This document shows positions 18,477-26,254 of a stretch of 26,254 nucleotides of DNA, piece after piece. A model generated the notes under the pieces. It saw only the letters and a list, made by a program, of their open reading frames with translations. It was not told the DNA's origin and did no database searches. Within the stretch, counting starts at the first letter, position 1. Each line of letters starts with the position of its first letter. This DNA comes from Pseudomonadota bacterium (GTDB lineage Bacteria > Bdellovibrionota_F > JAHFAK01 > JBDREC01): the NCBI GenBank assembly GCA_043820105.1, contig JBDREC010000004.1:131682-157935 (forward strand), written 5' to 3'. Made by a program: the position numbers and the translations under genes.

Positions 18477-19415
18477 TTATATGTCATAAGTTACATTCAC
18501 ATCCGCTGTAGTGCTTTCACCCAAGGTATCTGTGCCGGTAATACTTATTTTAATACCTGCATAATCTATAAAATCAAATGTTATGTCATCACTTATTACT
18601 ATATTGAATCTACAGCAATCAAGTGCTGGATAGCTACCACAGCTTCCCGCGTGATCATAGGTAAGTGTATTTGTATCATAATAAAACATCTCATAGTATG
18701 AACTATCTAAGCTAATATATGTGTCTTCTTCAGTGATTAGATAAACAAAGTAAGATATTAAAGTTGGATCTCCATATGTGCAAAGCTCTGAACCATCATT
18801 ATCTATAAATGATAAGCTGCCATCTGCAAAAGTTGCATCTACATTTCCTGAATCATTTAAATCAGCTGTTACTGCAATTAGACTTTCATCAACTGAAGCT
18901 TCAGGAGAATATGAAATTACAGCTGAAGCACTTACATTTGATTCAAGTGCAATTTCTGTGTCATCTGGATCACCACCATTGATTGAGATGGTTCCAAAAT
19001 CAATTGTTTCGTCAGTGGCAGTTATTTGATACTCCTCTGAAGAAGCTGAAGCAATGGCTGTCAAAGTGTCTTCGCAGATTGTTGGATCATTGTCACAATC
19101 ACCTTCAAAGATATATAGATAAAAGTCATAATAACTTCCAACATCCAGGACCATTTCAAGATCATTTTCAACACTTTCTAAATTTTCAGGATCTGTGCCT
19201 AAATATGCATAGGTATATTGTGATTCTGATTCACCAATTGCTGAAAAGCCGACGGATAAATCGCTGCTTGCTGCATCAATGGCTACGATTGGTTTAATGC
19301 TAATTTCAACAACAGATTCACTTGTTTCTTCTTCATCTGTAAACCAATCACAGGCAACGATTTGTAAAAATAAAAAGCAAGGCAATAGGATAATAATTGA
19401 GATTCGATTTAACAT
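18477..19415 (-). CDS. Highly acidic, Cys-containing hypothetical lipoprotein
   Basis: The start is reassigned to ATG 19415 (AGGGAG RBS upstream). Signal 'MLNRISIIILLPCFLFLQIVA|C'. The stop abuts the next start (TAAATG). Confidence 0.75.
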   Translation of the reverse strand: MLNRISIIILLPCFLFLQIVACDWFTDEEETSESVVEISIKPIVAIDAASSDLSVGFSAIGESESQYTYAYLGTDPENLESVENDLEMVLDVGSYYDFYLYIFEGDCDNDPTICEDTLTAIASASSEEYQITATDETIDFGTISINGGDPDDTEIALESNVSASAVISYSPEASVDESLIAVTADLNDSGNVDATFADGSLSFIDNDGSELCTYGDPTLISYFVYLITEEDTYISLDSSYYEMFYYDTNTLTYDHAGSCGSYPALDCCRFNIVISDDITFDFIDYAGIKISITGTDTLGESTTADVNVTYDI

Positions 19416-19660
19416 GGCAAATTCTCCCTTTCTTTTTTTCAAGAGTTCATAAGTTAATAATTGATGTTCAGACCTTGTTGAATGAATACGCCCCAAAAAG
19501 ATTTGTGAAGTAAAGTAATCCTATCCCGAAAAATTATATAAGATAAAATATCAAGATAGTCAAAATAATAAGTTATATTTTTGGTTGCAACATAACAAAG
19601 AAAAATTTATAGTGTTTATCTAAATATGGGTACTTTATGACTGTTTTAAGGGATTTAGAT

Positions 19661-21316
19661 ATGAAACTACAAAAGTATCCAATTTATATATTTATTCTAT
19701 TATTTTTTTTATTTCTTTTTTTATTACCAAAGAGTTATGCTGAGACCATCATAGGCAAGCCTTTTCTTGATACAAATATTACTTTATATGATAACATCGC
19801 CTTTACATTAAAAGAAGTTAAAGATGGTCTGCTAACCAAATTTTCAAATGGCCATAAAGTTGTATTTAGACAAGATTCAGAAGACAGTATTGTTCCATTA
19901 AGATTTAAAGCGAATAAAGCTAGGGGCTGGGTGGCTTTTCCCGAAGGCACAGAAATATTGAGAGTTGAAGCAAATGGTATTTGGGGTAGCATTGGAAGTT
20001 CCCTTCACTTTTTATCAATTCCCACGAACCAAAGTTATAAAAATCAAGATGGAGAAAATGTAAAATCTAGGTTTTCGTTTATGATTGTTAATTCTAAAAT
20101 GTTTCCTGAGATTGAAGATTCGGGTATAGTTTATGTTTTTTCAAATGATAGTAAAATATTTATTTCTAATAGTGGTCGCGGATATACAAAGATTGGTAAT
20201 GATGCTTTGTTTAGTGACGAGTCTAGAGAATCTTATGAGTTCACACTTTTTCAAGACAATAAAGAAGATGGGATATTTAGATTTGATGATTTAAACATAC
20301 CAATATGGTTAAAAGATTTTTTAATAAATTGGGGAAAAATTATTAATAGATTTGAGTTTCTGTTTGAAGATGATGAATCCTTTGGCTTTGATTTAAGCAA
20401 GGAGCATAAGAAAAACTTGAGCTTAGAAGAACAAATAATTTTAAATTCTGAGCTTAGGGCTAGGAATGAATTTATTGAGGCTGATGAATTTCATCCTGAA
20501 TTAAGAATTTGGCTTTTCAGGACTTACAAATGGTATTCAAATCTTGTGAATATTTTGTTTCTAGAAGGAAGGCTTCCCTTGGAATATAAAGAAGGGCCGT
20601 TCTTTTTAGGAATTTTTCCTTCTAAAGAGCAAATTATTGGGCTTGAAAAATTGATTAGATATTTTGATTATGTGCCTGAAATACAAGCCCTAGCAGTTAA
20701 TGAACTTTTTAAATGCCTTCATAATAATAATCGGATTATGTACTATACCCATGCAATTAGAAGCGATGATCTTAAAGTTGTTGAATTCGCTAAAAATTCT
20801 ATTTTACGGCTAGCTTCTAGTTATCCAACTATTGATTCTTTTTGGTTGGCATTTACTTCAATGCTTCAAGATAGAAAGTTTCGCACTGAGAATATGGGAT
20901 TTATATTTAAAATATTTGCAGAAATAAAGGATCCTGACTTAAATAATTTTGTTTTAAATTATATTTATGATAGATTAAAAAACAAAAACCTTAATCACCC
21001 ACAAATATTTTTTATTGTTCGAAATATTAATAACTTGTTTAAACTTAAACCCTTTCTGCAAAGTGATTTTATTGATATGCTTATAAGAAGACATAATACA
21101 GGAGAATTAGTAGAAGATATTAGTCTTTTTTCTTTATCGTTTTTCATAAAATATTTATATCAAGATAATAGAAATTCTAGTAATCAGGATGTTTTTGAAA
21201 GAGCATTAAAAGAATTGCCCTTAGAGAAAATAGATTTTATGGATAATGAAGTTATTATAGAAAAAGAAATCAAAAGATCAGAACAAAAATTAAATTCATG
21301 CCTTAGTTTATTTTAG
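19661..21316 (+). CDS. Hypothetical secreted protein (beta-rich N-half, helical C-half, terminal SCLSLF)
   Basis: Long ORF with signal peptide 'MKLQKY..hydrophobic..KSYA|E'. AAGGGA RBS precedes ATG 19661; ATG 19637 is an alternative start. Confidence 0.75.
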   Translation: MKLQKYPIYIFILLFFLFLFLLPKSYAETIIGKPFLDTNITLYDNIAFTLKEVKDGLLTKFSNGHKVVFRQDSEDSIVPLRFKANKARGWVAFPEGTEILRVEANGIWGSIGSSLHFLSIPTNQSYKNQDGENVKSRFSFMIVNSKMFPEIEDSGIVYVFSNDSKIFISNSGRGYTKIGNDALFSDESRESYEFTLFQDNKEDGIFRFDDLNIPIWLKDFLINWGKIINRFEFLFEDDESFGFDLSKEHKKNLSLEEQIILNSELRARNEFIEADEFHPELRIWLFRTYKWYSNLVNILFLEGRLPLEYKEGPFFLGIFPSKEQIIGLEKLIRYFDYVPEIQALAVNELFKCLHNNNRIMYYTHAIRSDDLKVVEFAKNSILRLASSYPTIDSFWLAFTSMLQDRKFRTENMGFIFKIFAEIKDPDLNNFVLNYIYDRLKNKNLNHPQIFFIVRNINNLFKLKPFLQSDFIDMLIRRHNTGELVEDISLFSLSFFIKYLYQDNRNSSNQDVFERALKELPLEKIDFMDNEVIIEKEIKRSEQKLNSCLSLF

Positions 21317-21432
21317 GCAAAATTTTTTGTTGTCCTGGTTCCTTTTGCTCCTTTTCAGGTAAAAAAGATCATTTTGATACCCATAATTTGCATGAATATA
21401 AATTAAATCCAATAGTTTTAGCTGTTTATCTG

Positions 21433-21448
21433 TGGCACAAGTTTTGCA
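21433..21448 (+). promoter_or_regulatory. Sigma54 -24/-12 promoter
   Basis: TGGCACAAGTTTTGCA is an exact match to TGGCAC-N5-TTGCW, about 95 nt upstream of ATG 21544. Confidence 0.8.
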
Positions 21449-21543
21449 CAGTTAAAAAACGAAAATTTTTAAATTAGCTGTAAGCAAAATATAGAGCCAT
21501 TAATTTCGCCTTAGCACTTACCACTTAATGAAAGGAGTAGAAA

Positions 21544-22371
21544 ATGAAAAAGAGTGTTTTTGGAATAATTATCCTTGTTGTGATGAGTATTTATTTTAAT
21601 TCATGGGCTTTTTTTCCAAGACATTATTATCTTCCAGGCCAAGGGACATGGATGGGAAGTTTTGATATTTACGATGATGAGGCCTTAGTTGGGTCGCTTT
21701 ACAAAACTCCTCTTGGCGAATTTTTGGAAGAGGGTAAATATGATCTAGTTGCAAATGTGCCATATAATGAAGATTATTTGTGGCAGGCTGATCTCGTTTT
21801 ATTAAAGGATGGTATAAAATATGAACCTCAGTGGTTAGGTTATACTTTATATCTTGATGAAAAGAAACAATACAGGCTAGTTCTTGATTTCAATCAAAGA
21901 GATTCCTTAAATCACTATTCTGGTTTAATCTATGCAGATAGCTTAGATGCCATTAATGCACCAGATACTTTTGTTGGTGAATTTGAGCTATTTCTGCAAA
22001 ATCCGCCAAAGGTTGAAATTGATGGTATTTGGGAAGGGCAATTTCATGGTTTAACAGATGGTGAGCCTGATAGAAATAAAATATTTTCAAGCACTTTGGT
22101 TTTTAATAAATATACAAAAGAGCTAATAGTTAAAGATGCCGTTGGATTAAGCAATAAAGATTCAGTTTATAAACTCAAGAACTGGGGATATGTGGAGGAA
22201 ACAGAGGAAATTAAACTTGTTTTTGAAAATTGTGATGCTCAACAAGTCAAGGATTCCTGTGTTCCAATTGTTGTTAATGGCTTTATGTCAGCAAACAATG
22301 AGTATAGCGCTATTGTAGGCGAAGTTTTTGTTGATTATGAGTTTAAGGGTGCTTTGAAGTTATTTAAATAA
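21544..22371 (+). CDS. Hypothetical secreted protein
   Basis: Strong RBS AAGGAG, signal peptide ending 'NSWA|', and two halves each starting with a G.W.G.F strand. Confidence 0.8.
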   Translation: MKKSVFGIIILVVMSIYFNSWAFFPRHYYLPGQGTWMGSFDIYDDEALVGSLYKTPLGEFLEEGKYDLVANVPYNEDYLWQADLVLLKDGIKYEPQWLGYTLYLDEKKQYRLVLDFNQRDSLNHYSGLIYADSLDAINAPDTFVGEFELFLQNPPKVEIDGIWEGQFHGLTDGEPDRNKIFSSTLVFNKYTKELIVKDAVGLSNKDSVYKLKNWGYVEETEEIKLVFENCDAQQVKDSCVPIVVNGFMSANNEYSAIVGEVFVDYEFKGALKLFK

Positions 22372-22408
22372 AATGGTTGCTGGTAGCTAGTAAGAGGCTA
22401 TACTTACC

Positions 22409-22444
22409 ACTTACCACTTACAGCTTACTACTTATTACGGAGGG
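22409..22444 (+). repeat. 36-nt heptamer-based repeat including an RBS, copy 1
   Basis: ACTTACCACTTACAGCTTACTACTTATTACGGAGGG, 35/36 identical to the reverse complement of 24585-24620. Confidence 0.92.
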
Positions 22445-22448
22445 AATT

Positions 22449-22586
22449 GTGAAAACATTAAACTATTTACTTGCAGGGCTTGCTATGATTTTGGTTTTTC
22501 AGATTTTTGATAGAGTAGATTTGTTTTCCAAAAACGAACAAGTTTCTGTGAATGAATACTATCCTGTGCTCGGATCAGGACTTTAG
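22449..22586 (+). CDS. Small (45 aa) protein with one hydrophobic segment
   Basis: GGAGGG RBS followed by GTG. Sequence MKTLNYLLAGLAMILVFQIFDRVDLFSKNEQVSVNEYYPVLGSGL. Confidence 0.5.
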   Translation: MKTLNYLLAGLAMILVFQIFDRVDLFSKNEQVSVNEYYPVLGSGL

Positions 22587-22694
22587 TTTAAGCAAGTGAG
22601 TCGTTTTACAGCGCAACAAAATTCCTGGTTTTTGCCCTTGTTCACAAAATCCAATAATAACAAGTGCTTAATTTGCTGTATTGCAACTGCATCT

Positions 22695-22710
22695 TGGTAT
22701 TATTCTTGCA
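22695..22710 (+). promoter_or_regulatory. Putative sigma54 -24/-12 promoter
   Basis: TGGTATTATTCTTGCA, i.e. GG-N10-GC, about 36 nt upstream of ATG 22747. Confidence 0.55.
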
Positions 22711-22746
22711 ATACAAGTATTTTACTAGAATTTTTGAGGCATTGTT

Positions 22747-23700
22747 ATGAAGCTAAAACTCTTTTTATGTATATTATTTTTAATCAATCTAATTCTAAAT
22801 ATTGAAGTATTTCCACAATGTATTGACCTTTTTAGTCCAAATACAATTGTGCAAAAAGATAATGACAATATAATTGAATATGAAAATTCTAGATTTGAAA
22901 TATCTCCTAAGGCGTCAATTTTTATTGGCCAAACAATAGAAAGCATTGGTATTCGTAATATTCTTAGAAAAGGAGAGTTTGTCTATGTAAACTCAAATAT
23001 GCAAATTACGGATTTAAAAGTTTTAGCAAAAATGGCACTTAGCTTTGATGGTGAAGTTTATAGAGTGCATGTTATTCGAAGAAATGAACTTTATATTGAA
23101 AATAATGAGGGTAAAATTGAAGTTAATAATGGTAGCGTTTTAATTTTGGAAAAAGATACAAGGATGGTTTCCAGTGCTACTAATGGTTTATTTGCCTTTG
23201 ATATGAGACAACAAGAATATTCATTTTCTTCAGAAAATCTTGATGTTCAAAGAGCCTTTGAATTGAATCAAGCAATTTTAGTTGGGAATAAAGAAGCTAT
23301 TAAAAAAGCAAAAGTCTTTTATTTTTTTGAATATGAATCAGTGGGTGGTAATGCCGGAAGCGCAAGAGAAGCTCATAATATGTATATTGACAAGCGGACT
23401 TCATTAATTAAAGCTGTAGGAAACTATCAACATATACCTAAAAAGATACTCAGTGATCCCAACTTTATGGAGATTACAATTTTAGTAAAAATAGATATGA
23501 GCGCGTTCAAGGGGATTATAGGAGAATTGAATCTTGTAATTGAAGAAAATCCTGGTGGAAATTTAAGTTTAATAAGTATGGTTGATCATTTTAGTTCATT
23601 TAAAATAGTGGAAATTCTTTATCCTTCAATACTAACCCAAGAAGTTAAATCATCTTTAGATGCATTAATAGGAATTTCTTTTAGACAGCCACAACAGTAA
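22747..23700 (+). CDS. Hypothetical secreted protein with CIDLF directly after the signal peptide
   Basis: GAGG RBS and N-terminus 'MKLKLFLCILFLINLILNIEVFPQCIDLF'. 317-aa open frame. Confidence 0.75.
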   Translation: MKLKLFLCILFLINLILNIEVFPQCIDLFSPNTIVQKDNDNIIEYENSRFEISPKASIFIGQTIESIGIRNILRKGEFVYVNSNMQITDLKVLAKMALSFDGEVYRVHVIRRNELYIENNEGKIEVNNGSVLILEKDTRMVSSATNGLFAFDMRQQEYSFSSENLDVQRAFELNQAILVGNKEAIKKAKVFYFFEYESVGGNAGSAREAHNMYIDKRTSLIKAVGNYQHIPKKILSDPNFMEITILVKIDMSAFKGIIGELNLVIEENPGGNLSLISMVDHFSSFKIVEILYPSILTQEVKSSLDALIGISFRQPQQ

Positions 23701-23719
23701 CATTCATTATATTATCTAA

Positions 23720-24577
23720 TTAACTATTTTGTTTTATTAGCTCACCAGTTTTATCATCAAGTTCTTTTCCAAGTTCTGTTAAACTTCCTCCAAGGATTTT
23801 TATCAGTTTTTGGATTTCCATTATGCGTGAATGAAGATTTGTAACAAAAGCAAAGATAACGGGCTTGGGTATTATTTTAGAAAAATAATTATTATATATT
23901 ACATCATAATTTTTCATTTCACCAGAGTCAACGAAATCAATAATAGCAACATCAGCTGCAATATGAGGTTCTATAATTTTTGGATCTTTTAAGGTTAGGG
24001 TAAAGGCATTAAAATAATCCTTGCTTAAGATTTTCCCAAGATCAACTTTAATAGCAAGTTTCACATAAGCATGACCTATGAGCTCATCATCAGCGTTTGT
24101 AATATCATAAGCAAAGCCAATTGTTTTAAAAAGCTTTACATCTCCAACAATAACATCTTCTGAATATTCCTTAAATGAAACCTGGTAAATGTGGGCTAGT
24201 AAATTGTTATTTTGATCGTAAACATCTATGTTTCTATCAAATGCCCTTTTTCCAGGCACTTCATCTGTATAGGCAAGCGTTGACTTTTTATTAAAGGGCC
24301 AGGCATCCCATCTATACCATTCTTTAAAATAGTTATATGTTTCCATCTGATAATTGATTCCCCAACTTGACCTGTCAATTGATCCTGCGATTCCCTTGCT
24401 TCCATCTTCTCTTTCTAAATAAATATCAAGGTTATCAGAATCACCCTGAAAATAAAAAATAAATTCATTCGGATTTTGCGGGTTTGGTACAGGCTCCTTT
24501 AAGTCAAAGGAATATGAAACAGTAATGCTTGAAACGACGAATAAAAAAATTGCTAGAAATAGATACTTAAAATTCAT
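23720..24577 (-). CDS. Hypothetical secreted protein, possibly Tubby C-terminal/LURP-one/scramblase-like fold
   Basis: GGAGGGG RBS and a signal peptide. Repeated 'I.VYDQNNNLLAHI' / 'YDITNADDELIGH' hairpin motifs, followed by a C-terminal hydrophobic helix 'PKPVIFAFV'. The CDS is well supported; the fold call is tentative. Confidence 0.65.
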   Translation of the reverse strand: MNFKYLFLAIFLFVVSSITVSYSFDLKEPVPNPQNPNEFIFYFQGDSDNLDIYLEREDGSKGIAGSIDRSSWGINYQMETYNYFKEWYRWDAWPFNKKSTLAYTDEVPGKRAFDRNIDVYDQNNNLLAHIYQVSFKEYSEDVIVGDVKLFKTIGFAYDITNADDELIGHAYVKLAIKVDLGKILSKDYFNAFTLTLKDPKIIEPHIAADVAIIDFVDSGEMKNYDVIYNNYFSKIIPKPVIFAFVTNLHSRIMEIQKLIKILGGSLTELGKELDDKTGELIKQNS

Positions 24578-24584
24578 TTTTGTC

Positions 24585-24620
24585 CCCTCCGTAATAAGTG
24601 GTAAGCTGTAAGTGGTAAGT
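24585..24620 (-). repeat. 36-nt heptamer-based repeat including an RBS, copy 2 (inverted)
   Basis: The reverse complement reads ACTTACCACTTACAGCTTACCACTTATTACGGAGGG, directly upstream of the start at 24577. Confidence 0.92.
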
Positions 24621-24698
24621 AGGGCAATGGCTTAATCACATCCTTGAATTGTTTTGTGCGCCAGAGCACCAGTCACCAGTCGCCAGGAGGACATCTTC

Positions 24699-24724
24699 TG
24701 TCATCCTTAACTTGTTTCAGGATC
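24699..24724. repeat. REP-like short palindrome
   Basis: TGTCATCCTTAACTTGTTTCAGGATC (ATCCT..AGGAT stem). It resembles the widespread intergenic GTCATCCTGAACTTGTTTCAGGATC repeat. Single copy here. Confidence 0.45.
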
Positions 24725-24813
24725 CACTCTTGTTAAAATTGTGAATTAATTCTTTTTCGAAGGGGAGTAAAAATATAATATAATTTTGCTATTAATTGGC
24801 AAGTAAAATAGTG

Positions 24814-26145
24814 CTAAAATCTATCCCAAAGTGCTTTAGAAAGCTCAAGTGATTTTGCGTTTATTTCGTCTTCATCTATGTCAATTTTCAATTCTTTATT
24901 TTCCATTAATACTTTTCCAGAAGCAATCGTTGTGTCAACAAAAGATCCTGAAACACCAAAAATAATGTGTCCATATAAAGAGTTTGCATCAAGTGGAGTT
25001 GGAATCTGGTAATCCATTAAAATAACATCAGCAGCTCCGCCTTCTTCTAATCTTCCTAATTTTTCTTCAGTCCAATATCTGTCAGCAATTTTAGGATTGT
25101 TTTCTAGCAAGGTTCCAGCGGCTTCCATAAAAGCAATGCAAGGATCATTGTGAGATAAGTGTTGTACCCAGAGGCAAGATCTCAACTCTTCAAGCATATT
25201 AACTGTCATGGCATCTGTTCCAAGACCTACTAAGATCCCCTTTTGTGCGATTTTGGGAAGATCCATTACACCAACAGCGTTATTCATATTTGACTGTGGA
25301 TTGTGAACAATGATGGAATCTGTTTCTTTAATAAGATCTATTTCATTGTCATTAACATGCACGCAGTGGCCAAGGATTGTTTTAGGTCCTAAGATTCCAA
25401 ACTTTTTAAATCTTTCAACAACTCTTAAGCCAAAGTTTTTAACATTGTAATCCTGGTCAGATTGAGCTTCTGCTGTGTGAACATGAAAGCCAGTGTTTAA
25501 ACAGTTCCCAAGTTCAGCGGCTTTTTCCATTGTTTTGTCATTGATTGTAAAGGATGCATGCATTCCAAACAATGCTTTAATGTGTGGATCATTTCTGTCT
25601 TTGCATTTTTTGATAAAATCTACATTTTCGGCAAGCCCTTGCTCTGCAATAAATTCACCATCTCTGTCAGAAAGTTCATAACAAAGGGAAGCCCTAAGCC
25701 CTGTTTCTTTAACTGCTTGTTCAATTTTATCAAGTGATCCTAAAACAGCATAAGGCGAAGCATGATGGTCAATAAAAGTTGTTGTGCCATGTCTAATGCC
25801 TGAAATTAAAGGAAGTAAGGCACTATAATAAGTGTCATCTAAAGTAAGCTTTTTATCAAGCCTCCACCAAAGATTTTCCAGCACTTCCTGGAAATTGCAT
25901 GATAGCGCAGCTTTTCCAAGACCCCGTGCAAAGGTTGAATAAAAGTGCATGTGCGCGCAAATAAAACCAGGCATAACAAGTTTATTTTTCGCGTCAATTG
26001 TTTTGTCATAGCTTTTAGTAAATTCGCTAAGAGGCGCTATCTTTTTAATCTTATCATTTTCAATTAATAGAGCATGATCGTAAAGCACGGCATTATTTTT
26101 ACCAAGTGTAGCGATTACACCGTTTTTGATTAGAATTGAGGACAT
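24814..26145 (-). CDS. ssnA: SsnA-like putative aminohydrolase (amidohydrolase family, chlorohydrolase/deaminase-like)
   Basis: 'MPGFICAHMHFYSTFARG', 'LENLWWRLDK.L', 'GTTTFIDHHASP', 'CYELSDRDG', 'FGMHASFT', 'HVHTAE', 'HNPQSNMNNAVG' and 'GLGTD'. AGGAG RBS before ATG 26145. Confidence 0.88.
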   Translation of the reverse strand: MSSILIKNGVIATLGKNNAVLYDHALLIENDKIKKIAPLSEFTKSYDKTIDAKNKLVMPGFICAHMHFYSTFARGLGKAALSCNFQEVLENLWWRLDKKLTLDDTYYSALLPLISGIRHGTTTFIDHHASPYAVLGSLDKIEQAVKETGLRASLCYELSDRDGEFIAEQGLAENVDFIKKCKDRNDPHIKALFGMHASFTINDKTMEKAAELGNCLNTGFHVHTAEAQSDQDYNVKNFGLRVVERFKKFGILGPKTILGHCVHVNDNEIDLIKETDSIIVHNPQSNMNNAVGVMDLPKIAQKGILVGLGTDAMTVNMLEELRSCLWVQHLSHNDPCIAFMEAAGTLLENNPKIADRYWTEEKLGRLEEGGAADVILMDYQIPTPLDANSLYGHIIFGVSGSFVDTTIASGKVLMENKELKIDIDEDEINAKSLELSKALWDRF

Positions 26146-26254
26146 GGTGATCTCCTTTTGATTGCATGTTTTTGTAGTGGAGGGGGGTTTGCCCACCCAA
26201 AAAATAAAGAAGGGGAAAAACCCACCACAAACATTAAAAATATTTTAATAAATT

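Noticed and set aside
21511-21520. TTAGCACTT as a CIRCE (HrcA) half-site
   Set aside because: There is no GAGTGCTAA partner 9 nt downstream, it is explained by the heptamer repeat, and it is not near hsp20-lon.
22385-22440. Heptamer tracts (also 8689-8770, 11706-11736, 24591-24620) as CRISPR arrays
   Set aside because: Units are 7 nt and contiguous, with no unique spacers and no cas genes in the window.
22596-22946. ORFs 22596-22805 (+) and 22725-22946 (-)
   Set aside because: They overlap the promoter and start of the better-supported 317-aa gene, with no RBS or recognisable motifs.
1149-25681. Numerous short alternate-frame or antisense ORFs nested in long genes (e.g. 5242-5583, 6175-6462, 17396-17752, 18983-19297, 25493-25681)
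   Set aside because: They are shadows of well-supported CDSs with no independent evidence.
26146-26196. Longer starts from the ORF track for ssnA (26196) and for the lipoprotein at 19496
   Set aside because: Strong RBSs sit before the internal ATGs (26145, 19415), which give the expected N-termini.

Overview
AT-rich bacterial chromosomal window. The gene content (pilH/pilI/pilD-like triad, hsp20-lon, sigma54-type promoters, many orphan exported proteins) suggests a deltaproteobacterial/Bdellovibrionota-like lineage, which is an inference. The left part (1-11.7 kb) is housekeeping: coaBC (partial)-coaX-panD, ABC ATPase/permease plus prepilin peptidase, hsp20-lon, two tandem CNNM/CBS (TlyC/CorB-like) genes and an OPA-family MFS transporter. 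The right part (12-24.6 kb) is accessory and almost entirely exported or lipoprotein genes. It includes a GT-C (ArnT/PMT-like) glycosyltransferase fused to an amidohydrolase domain, a lipoprotein whose Ig domain is split by a ~280-aa insertion, a Tat lipoprotein with a Cys/His motif, and orphan secreted proteins with a terminal CxxLF motif. The window ends with an SsnA-like amidohydrolase. Non-coding highlights: a 36-nt RBS-containing inverted repeat pair bracketing 2.2 kb, several heptamer-repeat tracts, three sigma54 -24/-12 motifs and three strongly structured intergenic elements. No tRNA, rRNA, CRISPR array or transposase was recognised. All calls come from reading motifs by eye, with no database searches.
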